A stretch of 61,194 nucleotides of DNA, the filler included. It is 7 parts of 7 records of this genome, joined end to end, with 100 filler letters (N's around TTAATTAATTAA, not from the genome) between each part and the next. Parts side by side here need not be neighbours in the genome. Positions count along the whole stretch, not along the records: positions 1 to 13,218 come from SRR7504441_657; 6 more parts are not named here. One strand, given 5' to 3'. The position numbers and the translations under genes were made by a program. Below the pieces are notes generated by a model. It ran no database searches and was not told where the DNA came from. It saw only the letters and a list, made by a program, of their open reading frames with translations. Positions 1 to 11,440 of the stretch are shown one piece after another. Numbering within the stretch: the stretch's first letter is position 1; each line of letters starts with the position of its first letter.

Positions 1-13
1 GCTCTTCCGATCT
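1..13 (+). other. Illumina adapter remnant (GCTCTTCCGATCT)
   Basis: Exact match to the common 3' end of TruSeq adapters, at the contig start. Confidence 0.9.
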
Positions 14-323
14 CAAGGGGGTCAATCGGACGCTCGAAAAGGCAGACGGAGTAGATGTGAGGGTTTCCCAATTAGTGCCGCTCTGGACACCCACGTGGGA
101 CCACTTTCCTCCTGGAAAGAAGATGGTGAGCCTCCTGGAAAACTCGCAGGACAGCAGCGGCAATGTGTTTGATGCAAGAGTCTTGGATCCGATTAGATTT
201 GTAGGCGTTGGCGGCGAGCAGTTTGACGCAAACTTTTGGTGCGAGCACCTAGACTTCTTGGCTGAAGAGTTCAAGTGGTTTGATCCGGCCGAGTTCTCCA
301 GCGATGACGATAGTGACGAATAG
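14..323 (+). CDS. 3' fragment of a hypothetical protein (acidic C-terminus SSDDDSDE)
   Basis: Coding-like open frame at the contig start ending TAG at 321-323, followed by an AT-rich spacer; no family recognised. Confidence 0.45.
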
Positions 324-615
324 GCACTATCGTGGCTGAAGAACCCGGCCGGGTCTAGCCCGGTCCCTAGCTAGCTGTGTTTTTATTCAAGCTTCTGTAC
401 ATGTAACTAGCTGGCCATAAGCTGGCCAGAAGTATCTAGGTTTTACACGGCTATATATTTAATTAAGTAACATCAATTGAAGTTGACGAGAGAGAAGTTT
501 CGATTATAATTGTACACGTTCATTGTACATACATGAACGAAATGTAACAATCATGATATAATTTATAGTAGTCTAGTACGGCCTAGTCCGGCTAAGTCCG
601 GCCCGGCTCAACTGG

Positions 616-3364
616 TCATGTAGGACCGCCTTGTCCGTAAGTTCCTACAGGCGGTCGGAGCTCTTGCGGAAACGTCGATACTTGCAGCCTGTTGAAAGCA
701 TACGCGCGAGTGCCCGTGTTAATCTCGCAATTCTCTAGCCGGACGCCTCTCCTGAGCATGTCGACATATTCTTGCCGTTCTTGAGAATCGAGGTGTGGCA
801 TCACCACCTGGCACGCTTCTAGCGTGAGCAGCATCGAGGTTCTGTCCTTTGCACTCTTGCACGACACCCATCGGGCGCCTCCAACAAGCCGTGCGACTCT
901 GGCCGATATTAGTAGAATCTCCACTTGCTTGCTTTCTCTCTTCTTCACTAACTTTGCAAGTCTCAATATCAGCTGGTTGACTTCAGCTGAAGCGCCATGG
1001 CAGAACCTGCCACAGCTACTCAGCCAAACAGGCAGGTCCGAGGGCACCGCTGCAGGATGTGCAGCCCCCTGTCATTGATCTCTCTCTCAAGCTCGATCTC
1101 GTCATTCAAGGGGTTGACCTGCCAGCGGTTGATTCTCTGGTTGGGCGGCAGCTCACATTGGAAATCATCTGTTGCTCATTCACACCGACTGAGAACAGTA
1201 CGGGTGTGATGTCGAGCCAGGTCCCATCAGGAAAAGCCTCACATAAATACCCGCGCCACGGCTCACAGCTAGGCGGCAACGAGAGCATGCAGTGGCTCTC
1301 TCCAGTCATCCACGCGGCCAGGCTGCTCCGAGATTGAGAGCTTTTCTTGAAGCTCACCTTGAACCCCTCGAGGGCACTGACTGCTGAGGCCATATCTTCA
1401 AGCATTCCGGTCTCGTTGCCGGCTGTGCTGAGCAAGGAGCTCACCTGCCGAACACTCACGGGCCCGGTCCAGGGATTGCCCACCATCAAAAGCATCCCCT
1501 GGTCCCGGAGTACAAGACTCTCTTGCAAGCTAGTCACAGCCTCGACCCGCTGGCACACACACGCCAGAGCAGCACTGTACGCCTGGGGCAAACACAGATC
1601 CATCCGCTGCCGCAGTGCTATCTGCAACAACTCGGCCTCGACCGCCAGTCTGATCGATTCGCCATCGAGACTGTCGCACAGCTGGGTGGCGTCCAGAGAC
1701 GTCTGAATCCCCCCCTGCAGCTTGCCCAGCCCTTGCTCCAGTCGCCAGCCGCCACCCTTCTTGAACCCAAGAATGTGGGCCGCCGGGGCCCCAACCGAGA
1801 CAGCGGCGTACTGGCCGTGCTCGGAGCTGACCTCGTAGAAGTTGAGGTTGGTTGGGGCCACGCTCACCAGCTTGTTGGCCTTTACTACAGATGGCTTGAG
1901 CCAGCAGGCTGGTGGCTCAGGCTGGTGGCTCAGCGCCAGCTCCCTGCCAGCTGCTCAGCGGCCGCAGCCAGCAAAGCGGCGCCTGTGCGCTTGATGGGTC
2001 TGCTCGAGAGTCCGGACGTGCTGCTCGTACTGGTCTACTGCTTGCTTGAGCCTGTCCTTGAGCTCGTGATGGAACGCACTCGCCTCCGCCCCACCCAACA
2101 TCGACCCCGTGCCCGGGCTGCCGCTGGCGGTGCCCACTACGAACGCACACATCCGCTCGTATTGCCCTTGAAACCGGTCGAGCAGCGCCGAGCTTTCCTT
2201 GATCCTGCCAACGGCCGATCAGCTCGTGAGTCTAGTAAATACTCACCGGTGCTCAAGAAACTGATGTGGTAACTGGGTGGTCACTTCTGAAGCAACCAAG
2301 CACTCCCTGATGGCACCGTCCGCGTGCTCGGCGCACAACGGCGGCACTTGCAGGAGCAACTGCTTCAGCTTCTGCGCCCCGTCGCCGCCTTTCCAGGAGG
2401 AGAGGTTGAGCTCAGTTTCTGAGTTAAAATGTCTCGCAAGCACTGGACTCTTGTCCGGCTCTTCGAGCAAGGGCACGGCCGCTGTACGGAGAAAGTCGCG
2501 CGACTCGGGCTCGTTGAGCACCGAAACGATGGTCGGAGACCACAGGATGAGCGCCAAGGCATATGCAGGGAGCATAACAGGCAGAAGGTAGTAGAGTGCT
2601 TCGTACTGCAGATCTGTGAGCCATATGTCGGCCATCCGGTGGTCAAACGAGTGGAGCATACAGATCAGACCGAGCGTCCAGCGCACATTGGCCCCGCCGA
2701 GCACAACGCCGGCGATCGCTATCATGAGCCATTTATGCCTCCAGGTCACTCGCGTGGTCCCGCGGAAGTGAGGGATAGCAAACAGCAGCCCTACCCACAT
2801 CAGCCCGATCGCCATACTGAACCAGAGCAGCACCCGCACGAACATATCCCATTGTGGGTCCTCGTAGCTTTCCAGGCAAGGGATGCGCGATCCAGTGCCC
2901 CCACAGTGTAAGTACAGTCCAACGTCTACCGCGTTGTAGGCTATCCAGGCCAGGTTGGCCAGCATCAGCCCCCTGCACAGCCGGTAGTCCACCTGGCGCC
3001 CGGGCTGGCTCATGTTGTAGAAGTGCTCGATCGCGCAGCTGAACATGATCGTGTCCAGAACGTAGCAGAGCCGGACCACGCAATGCGTCAGATCGTTGTA
3101 GCCAGCCACCCCGTACTGGTAATACCGCACAGCGTACCCCGCGGACAGCCCGGCGTGGGCCAGGTGGAACCACAGGCGGGAACCGGTCATCCCCCAGTGC
3201 CGGTACAGGCAGAAGCAGGAGAAGCACAGCAGCAGACCGCATATCGCTAGCCAGACTCCGTAGCACGGCCCACTAAACCACTGCAAGCCCAGGCTCAGAC
3301 CCAGCCGACCGAGCCGGCGCACCTGGCCGCTGGGGATGTACTCGTCCTCCGATCCGGCCCCCAT
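616..3364 (-). CDS. Seven-transmembrane domain fused to inositol polyphosphate 4-phosphatase (INPP4 type), spliced
   Basis: C-terminal exon has the INPP4 catalytic CKSAKDRT motif plus GVRLENC..NTG..YAFN; middle exons give KPS..K..APTNL and PVLFSVGVNEQQ. The N-terminal exon has 7 hydrophobic helices. Frames are joined by 38-42 nt introns, e.g. GC-AG 1944-1982, which contains an in-frame TGA. Confidence 0.85.
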
Positions 3365-3686
3365 GCCTCACGGCCGCCCTTGGTCAGTGCGGCCTGCCTT
3401 GGTCAGTGCGGCCTCTGTCAGGAGAGCTGTGACCAGCCGCTGGTTGCGTTCACAACTGAAACGGATACGGATCGGACACTGCAACGATCAGTCAGTAGAC
3501 TACTGAACAGACTGATTGGTACGTACGTCAGTCCTCTAGAGCTAGTACGTCCTGGCAAGCCTAGCGACGGACAGCCGAACGACTCGAAGAACCACGGCTG
3601 CTGCCGTGCATAAAACATAGCTTTACATGTAGTCATTGCTTTGTAATAATTGGTAGTTAATATTAATTTTCTTTCCTCGATCATGT

Positions 3687-5207
3687 CTAGCCTGACGTGC
3701 AGTTCTGCCGGCACGACGGGTCCTCAAAGTCGGTTGCGTTGATCCGTGTCTCATCAAAGTTCTCTGTTGCACACCGCACGACCATGCCGCCGCCGATCGA
3801 GCCCGTCTTGGAGCAGCACGAGTTAGGCTTGACGTTGACGCACTGGAAAAGGTCGTCGCACGACATGGAGTAGGTGCGCACGCCAAGCGGCCAGGCTTCG
3901 CGCTGAATGCAGTGCGTCACCCCCTGGACGCAGGTTTCGATGCCAGTTCCGGAGGATGAAAAATCGGTCGCCAGGTACGTGTTGCAGCGCAGGCCGGACG
4001 GGGCAGAAGAACGATATACTGGCGACACAGGCAAGTCCTGCCAGACGACACGCCCTGTTTGCGTGACAGCGTTGAATGTCACGAATGTGCCGCTCGCGAA
4101 CCTCCGGGTCCATGTGGCTGTCAGAGGATTGTACCGCGCGTCAGCGAGCGGTTCGCCAAGTTTCCGCCCGAAGACTCCGTCAACCCAGTGGCCGCTGAAG
4201 TTGCCAACGCCCGCAGGACTCAAGTCTTCCCAGGCCCCGAGACCGAAGTACTGGTTCGGGCCAACGCCAATCAGAAACGCGGCCACCGCATCGGAGAGGT
4301 TACCGTCGACTGGCTTGTAGTGACATTCGTAGTAGAGCGGCCTGCCCTGCTTGAGCTGCCTGGCTTGAAGGTCCCGCAGCCAGTTGATTGTGTCGTTGTG
4401 AGGCGGACAGTTCTCGTCGAGAGCGCCCGAGACATAATCGCCCACTTCATAGGGATACTTGCCCAGTAGCAGCCCGCGCCCTAGCAACGGCCAACTCAGC
4501 TCGCGCAGCGACTGCTGATGCCCCTCCCTCCACGCTGTTGCCGCAGCATCCGTCAGGCCCCAGCGCGCCCTCTGACGCTCGCCCACTGTCCCAGTTAGAT
4601 TAATCCAACTCGCGTCGGCCCCACAGCCGTCAATCACCCCAGAAGCCGTCAGATTCAGGCAAAGCTCCTGGAACGCGCGGGCGCCGGCCGGCTCGCCGGC
4701 ATTGTAGACGTGGCAGCCCATGGCCTCGTGCACCAGGCCGCCGGTTTTGTTCTTGAGCAGCAAGCCGTGGTTGGCCGGGTCGTCCAGGTACCGTGCCGCA
4801 CCCAGTTTGCCCATCGTGTTGCACTGATACCCAGCGTATGGGTTGAGCGTCAGATTCTGCTGATACACACGTACAGAGTCAAGCCAGGCGATCACGGTGA
4901 TGGCCGGATTCGCCGCTTTGATCTGCCGGGCGGCGATCACGAACGCCTGCTCCTCCCACAGCGAAGGCACCACCCCGCCGCCCTGCCACTTTTCGATGGT
5001 AACAATCGGGAAGCGCGTCAGGGTGGCCAGGGCCTCCGGCGTGAACCCGCCTCCGGCCGCCGCTCCGTCCGGGTCGCAGCCGTGGAAGAAGGCCGGGAAC
5101 CGGGCCCAGCTCCATGCAGGGGCCCGGCAGGTGCTGCATGGCTCTGTGAGATGTGAGCCGTGAGCGGCGCTCAGCCCGGCGACGACGGCCAGCGCAGTGC
5201 GGATCAT
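3687..5207 (-). CDS. Secreted glycoside hydrolase-like protein (GHL15-like) with Cys-rich C-terminal domain; apparently intronless
   Basis: Signal peptide MIRTALAVVAGLSAAHG (ATG 5207); motifs FPIVTIEKWQ, AARQIKAANP, AAFLIGVG..YFG.G.W, LGEPLADA, WTRRFASGTFV; Cys-rich tail. Confidence 0.65.
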   Translation of the reverse strand: MIRTALAVVAGLSAAHGSHLTEPCSTCRAPAWSWARFPAFFHGCDPDGAAAGGGFTPEALATLTRFPIVTIEKWQGGGVVPSLWEEQAFVIAARQIKAANPAITVIAWLDSVRVYQQNLTLNPYAGYQCNTMGKLGAARYLDDPANHGLLLKNKTGGLVHEAMGCHVYNAGEPAGARAFQELCLNLTASGVIDGCGADASWINLTGTVGERQRARWGLTDAAATAWREGHQQSLRELSWPLLGRGLLLGKYPYEVGDYVSGALDENCPPHNDTINWLRDLQARQLKQGRPLYYECHYKPVDGNLSDAVAAFLIGVGPNQYFGLGAWEDLSPAGVGNFSGHWVDGVFGRKLGEPLADARYNPLTATWTRRFASGTFVTFNAVTQTGRVVWQDLPVSPVYRSSAPSGLRCNTYLATDFSSSGTGIETCVQGVTHCIQREAWPLGVRTYSMSCDDLFQCVNVKPNSCCSKTGSIGGGMVVRCATENFDETRINATDFEDPSCRQNCTSG

Positions 5208-6038
5208 TGCAAGGCGAACTGGCGAACAATTCCGTTGGTCGCGGCCCTCACGGCACCGAGCATAACCGGGGGCCCGGCAGCCAGAGATGGGCTGCCGGGG
5301 TAGCAAGGGCGAGCGGCAGCGGTCGGACAGCCAGTGCTCGGCTCGTGACACCCGGGCCCCGCCTAATACTCCCCGCCCGACCGCTGTCCCGCAGATGGGA
5401 GGCGACCAGCCGGCACCGGAGGAAAGCCCATCCTCTGTCGACCTGCCCTGGTTCCAACGAACCCCAGCCTCGCCCCGGGCCGGCAACTGGGTGGCGCGCA
5501 AGTCGGTGTTTGCCACACCCCCTGGCGACCGTCCGCCCCCACTTCCCACAATGGGGCCAGCGAACACGGAGCCAGCCGCAGCGGACGACGGTGCGATACC
5601 AACAGACAGGGTCCGCTCGCTCTGACCTAGACTGCCGGTTCGGGGTGTGGCGGTCCTGCCCCTGTGAAAGGACAACTCTCACAACTAATAACATAGCACC
5701 ACTTTGGGTGTCTGCTTGGAGCACTGGTCACGCCACTGGTCACGCCACCTTAATCAGTTGTGCGCGAATGCTTAGTGTAATGCTTAATGTGGCCTAATGT
5801 GGCCCGTGGTGGATAGCTTAAGTCTCCGTCTAAACCTTAATTAATCACTTTAAAACTACTATCATTCATTCCAAACACAGGTATAGACTCCAGCCACACG
5901 CGGCGTATACTCAAAGAGTATTGTAGCCGAATTCCGTATGAGTACGTACGAGTACTCGTACCACCATACTAGGTAGGCACAAATGACGAGTCCACGGCAT
6001 CACTCCTGTGCAGTTGCATGCTACATGCACTGGCATGA

Positions 6039-7963
6039 TCAAATCTCGTTGCGCATGATCTTCTCTCGCATCGTCTTCATCAGATTATTCATAAAATAAA
6101 GGTTATGTATCGACGCCAGCGAGAGAAACCTGACCACCCTCTCACTCGGCACGGCCATCGGCGCACAATGGCTCGTTCTGCTTGAACAAATGGTGCAGGT
6201 AAGACCGGCTGTACGGGATTGTCTCAAGGTTTGGATCTATTGGCCCAAAGTCATCGACATGTTTCCTTTGCGTGATCCTCAGCTGGCCTTCGCTGGTGAG
6301 CAGCGTGCCGTGCCTAGCCCTGAGATCAGCCCCCAGCTGGGGCACCCATCACCGGGCGATCCGGGTCGGATTGCAAGCATCGAACGTGTCGCACCCAAAC
6401 GGCACGAGAGCCTCGATCGACCGCTCGTCAGCGATCCCCAGGATGTGGTTCGGCTTGTTATCCGGCACTTGCGGCATCAGCCAGCCGAGCATTTCGACCA
6501 TCTCCTCGCGGTCCTGCCGAGACTCAGCCCAGCGGCTGGCTCGAGAGCACCTTGCCCAAGCTGCCGCCGATTGCGAACCCGTCGAATGGGAGAGAGCTGA
6601 GATAATCCAAACTCAACTTGCGCAGCTCCTTGTCTGCCGCACGTGCTGGCCGGGCAGGCCATCGGCGAGCTACCTGTGCCGCCGTGCACTACAGCGTACA
6701 TAGCTTGCTCGCGCCTATCCTTGAGATGCTCTCTGAGCGACCTCGCCATCCAGCGATGCGACAAGAATACCGAGGCTCTCAGGCGCTCCGGCGTGACGTG
6801 ATACGGCGGGAGCTCATCCAGCGGAATTATGATATCGGCGCCGATCTTCTTTTGGGCCTGGACTGCCGCTGAGCGCCGGGTGGCACGGCGGCGTGCCTGA
6901 ACAGTAGACTCTGGCGTAAGGTCTATCTTCTTGCCATCGTAGTAAGACCGGAACTGGGTTCCCTGCTCGGACACCTTGAGCAGCGTGCCCTGACCCGCCC
7001 GCTCCATCGGCGGTCAGCGAGCTGGCTGCACCCCGCCGTTGTCGTCGGTGTTCCTCTTTTTCTTTTGCTTGAGCTCCGGCCCGTCCTCCTGGGTTATATG
7101 ATTGAGCGAGAACACCTAGCCCAGGCTGGCCCCTGGTCGAGCCATGCACGAGCCTGAAATCCGCCCGAATCGGTTATAATCGGCCCGGTGCGGTTCATGA
7201 ACTTGTGCAGGCCTCCGGCCTTCTCGATCACATCCACGCCAGGGTGCACCTGCAGCGCGTCACGCCGGCCTGCCACGCCGGCACCAGCAGGTGGTACGTG
7301 TTGGAAAACTGCAGCTGCACCCCTGTCTGGTCGGCTTGCTGCCCGTCAACAGCCTTGAGTGCCCCTGCACCTCGCATAACCGCCGACCGCTCTACAGGAC
7401 GCCACCGTTGGTCGCAACAGGCACAAATGCCGGGGTGTGGATCACGCCGTGCGGGGTGTGGATCTTGCCCACACGCGCGTTCGAGCCTGCCCGCCGGGCT
7501 GCCGCTGCTGAGCCTGCCGGGGGCACCTGGTTTGGTCGATTTGTGAACAATCTCCCACCGAAAGAAATCCGTCGGGCTCCAAGCCGGGTACTGCCGCGGC
7601 CTCAACGGCAGCCCTGGGTGAGCGCCGCACCGTCTCGGGCCCCGGAGGCGGTTCAAGTGGGTCCTGCTTTGGCCGGAACCGCGGCTTCTTGTTCCGGTGG
7701 TACTCCTCGCCTGTGGCCTGCCAACCGCTCGTGCGTCCCCCCCGCGGAGGGCGCCTGCTGGTACTCTTTACGCATCTCGGTGCACTGCGCCTGCGCCCCA
7801 GGCTCGCCTCCCCCGCCTGGCGGCCCGGCGCCTGGAGCGCCTCGATATCGGCCGGGACAGCATCCGGCGCGGCCTTTTTCTGGCGGAGCTCTGTCTCAGC
7901 CTCCCGGATCTTGCGCTTGAGCCCGGCCGACGGGTCGGACTCGCCAGCGGCAGCGGCGGACAT
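6039..7963 (-). CDS. tgt: tRNA-guanine transglycosylase (bacterial-like TGT) with N-terminal WHEP-like domain; 13 introns
   Basis: Removing 13 introns of 35-42 nt gives [78 protein letters not shown] and SIHNL, all TGT motifs in the right order. Confidence 0.93.
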
Positions 7964-8140
7964 GCGGCGGGCTGGAACCAGACGCGCCCTCAGGCAGTGG
8001 ACCCAGGCAGCTGGGCGGAGAAGCAGCGTGGAAGTGGGTACAATGTGCTGTACGCCCGAGAGGAGAAGCTGAGCTTTGCCGTTGGCGGCTTGGCGCAGTG
8101 AGCCTGGTGGCCAAAGCAGTGCTGCAGGGGGGCCAGCGCG

Positions 8141-11103
8141 ATGGGCCGGTACAGCGACTCGGACGAGGACGGGGATGCGGGGGGGTCGGATGTGGGCGCC
8201 AACCTGCAGCTGCTCCGACGCAAGACGGGGCTGGTCAAAATCTTAGAGCTGATGCAAGCCGCCGACCAGGGCACCCTGCGGCTGTTCTTCAGTGACTGGA
8301 GTGGCAACGTCAAACAGCTCAAGTGGGCCCGGCTGGAGGAGGAGAGGCACGGCCTGACCGAGGAGATCGGCCGGGTCCGCGACAGCGCTGCCGGCACCAT
8401 GGCCAGGCGGGCGCTTGCAGCCTTCACGAGCGAGCTGACGGTGGGCCGCCGCTGCTGCCGGGGTGCCAGGCGGGGCAGGTGGCAGCGTTTGGGATGTGGA
8501 AGGATGCCACAGCCGGCGGCAAGGCGGGCCGGTCGCAAGATCAGGTGACAGAGCTGAACGAGATGCTGTTCACGCTCAAAAATAAAGTGGCGGAGCAACT
8601 GCAGGGCCGGATCCAGCAGCACTCGGATGCGGAGCGGCTGCGGGTGGGCTGGAGCCAGTGGCTGGCACTCTGGCACCACGCAGCTCGTGAGCGGGCCGAT
8701 GCGGAGAGTGAGGCTATGGCAGAGGCGCTGGCCAGAGCCAGGCTTGTCGCTTCAGGTGCTGGCAGCGGCTGTCGACAGGGTGTCGACTGTGCTGCTGCAG
8801 GCTCACTAGCGCGCTCCGTTATGAACCGGATGCTGAGTGGGTTCACCTCCGAGTGTTTCTCGCACTGGAAGGTGGGCTGCCCGCTGTGAGTAGCCACTGA
8901 CGCGTGCACTACCAACAGACCGTTGCATTTGATACTAAGTTGGAAAGAGCTGCGGAACAGCAACGGAACGCTGAAGGTCGCGCGCGCGGACTAATTCGCA
9001 GGCCAAACTGTGGGCGGCAGGTAAGCTCGCCCTGTTCAAAATCTCGGCTGCGGATGCCTTTTTCAGCAAGATGAGCGAACGGTGGGTGCTGGGTTGACAT
9101 GCTGCTGACTTCTAGGGGCAGTGCCACAACAGCACTCGTAATAGAGGCCATGCAGCACTGGAAGGACATTTTGATTGCTAAAAGACAGCACGGACTGGAG
9201 GAGGAGCGCGACGAGCTCGCCCAGGAGCTCTTTATGATGCGACACACTGGTGACCTGGTCTATGGCTTTTGATTGAGATCTCCGGTGACAGCTGCTGACT
9301 CACTGTTCCGGAAATCTGTCGAACAGTGGATGCAGGGATCGGTCGCTGGGGCATTCCGCGCTTGGGTAAAGTTGATGGGGAAATCGCAAGTCAGCCGACT
9401 CAAGAAAAGAGTTTATCAGCTAGAGCAGATGATTCGTAACGCTGCGACAAAGGGTCTGGCGATTAGCCAGCCTGCCAGCCCCAGCAAGCTGATCAAAACC
9501 ACCAGACGAGTGCGCAAAGTGCGTAAGCGTTCCATGAGCCGTAAGGGACTGGGTCGATCCAAGCTGCCAATGGGACTGGGTTCAGACTCGCAGTGCAGTT
9601 TGCTCCTGAAAATGAACATGGAAACCATTGGCCCTGGGACGCCCAAGCGGACTACTTTTGAGCAACAGTTCGTTTCGGATGTGGCCGGCTCGCTGGATGT
9701 TCACGAGGCACGGATTTCACTTAAAGCAGTTGAATCTCGAGGTGTGCCGTTTGCTGAACAAGGCCTGAGCTTGACTGTAGGTAATCGAGTGAGGGTAAAA
9801 TTCTCGATCTTGGCGGGTGGCAGTGGGACAGATGCTGGGACACTGGCACAGCAGCTAGTACTTCAGTCAAAAGACTCTGGGAGTGATCTCTACTCTGGCG
9901 AGGTGTGCATGATTATCTCCTCCTCTGAGGCTGTGTAGGTTACATGGAGGAATGATAGGGCATACAATGAGGTGATGGAACTGCCTATTGATAGCGATGT
10001 ACCAGAAACGCCGGAGAGGCATCAGGGTGATAGTTCCCAGGTCCCGTGCAGCTGATATTTCGCCAGATGAGGAGGAGGAGGAGTCAGAGTACGAATCGTA
10101 TTACGAGGAAGAAGAGTATGAGGTCAATCACCACGACAAGGATGATGCAGAAACGCCGGTAGCCACGGTAGAAGACTTGTTGCAGTACATGGTTGAAGAA
10201 ATCGAACGCTCAAGGAGGACAGCGCCACCAGAAGTCAAAGCAATGTTGGTGTCCAAGTTCTCAGATGCGCTGTACTACAAGCATCACATGCAGCTGGAGT
10301 TTGCTGGATTGATGGAGGTGAGATAAGCACACATGCATCAGTGAGTTGAGTTCCTAGGTCTTCAACCGTTGGAAAGATGTGCTGTATTCAAGCAGGATTG
10401 CAGTCTGCGAGGAGCACATCCAAGAGTTACTCGAACTGAATCAGCAGCTCAAGCACCGTGCTGCTGAAGCAATGAAGCAGAAGGCAATCTCTAATCCACT
10501 TGTCTGTGGTTATGACTTTTGGCAGGTCCGGCGGAAGTGGGCCCTTGGGACCTCATCAGAGTGCTTTCATCATTGGCATAATGTGGCAGAGTCACGTCGT
10601 ACAAACATCCTAGAGGTACAGCGTGCTAAGCAGAGTAACTCATCTAAATTATGATGGCCAGACTGCACGGCAAGACGCGATGCACAAGGTCGTGGCTCTG
10701 CAACACCTTGCTGCTGAGGCAGTGGCAAAGAAGGTGCAGAGCTTCCCAAGGCTCGTGGCTCTTTTGCTTACAATGCGGCAGGCTATGACGTATTGGCTAT
10801 ACCGAGGCTACATGGAAGGCTTTAGTCTATGGTTACATTGTACTTTGACCAGCCAAGTGCAAAAGTTGAAGCTCGAGCTGGGGCAGTCGCAAGAGGAGCG
10901 TGCAATGTTAGAGCAAAAGGTGCCTAGTCATAATAGAGACGATAGGATGACTGTCGTATAGGTGGAGAGGCTCAAGAGCAAGTTAGAAAAGGCGGCAACA
11001 GAGAAGAAAGCGCTGCTGGAGGAGGTCTTGAGATAGATTGGGTCTGTTGTGCATGTGACGTGGCTGTATACAGGTGAATCACCATGTCCAGTTGCTTCTA
11101 TGA
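8141..11103 (+). CDS. Large coiled-coil protein with repeated F..W motifs (Sfi1-like periodicity), multi-intron
   Basis: Consecutive exons in changing frames separated by ~40-nt introns; recurring ECFSHWK, AFRAW, ECFHHW, EGFSLW; acidic tract; inferred stop TGA 11101-11103. Confidence 0.55.
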
Positions 11104-11440
11104 CGAGCATTGAGGAGAAGAATCATTCAATGCCTATATGTATATACTGACCTGTTCGTGAGAACTCGATATGATCTACATGTACACCTCTGCTCGGCCA
11201 CAGAAAGTTCATAGCGACTCCTATAGGCCTCAAGAATTTAGTTGTTACCGGATTGACAACATCCACGCATACGTAATCACGTTATAATTGATGCACGACG
11301 AACTAGTGCAAGACGACAAGCTGGCACATACACGTAACGAATTAAACATGTAGTGCAAGAGTGCATGAAGAATGGGTTTTAATACTTGCAATCATGACTA
11401 TTGTAATAATAATGTGAGCTTCCGATTTTTGAGCACTCCC

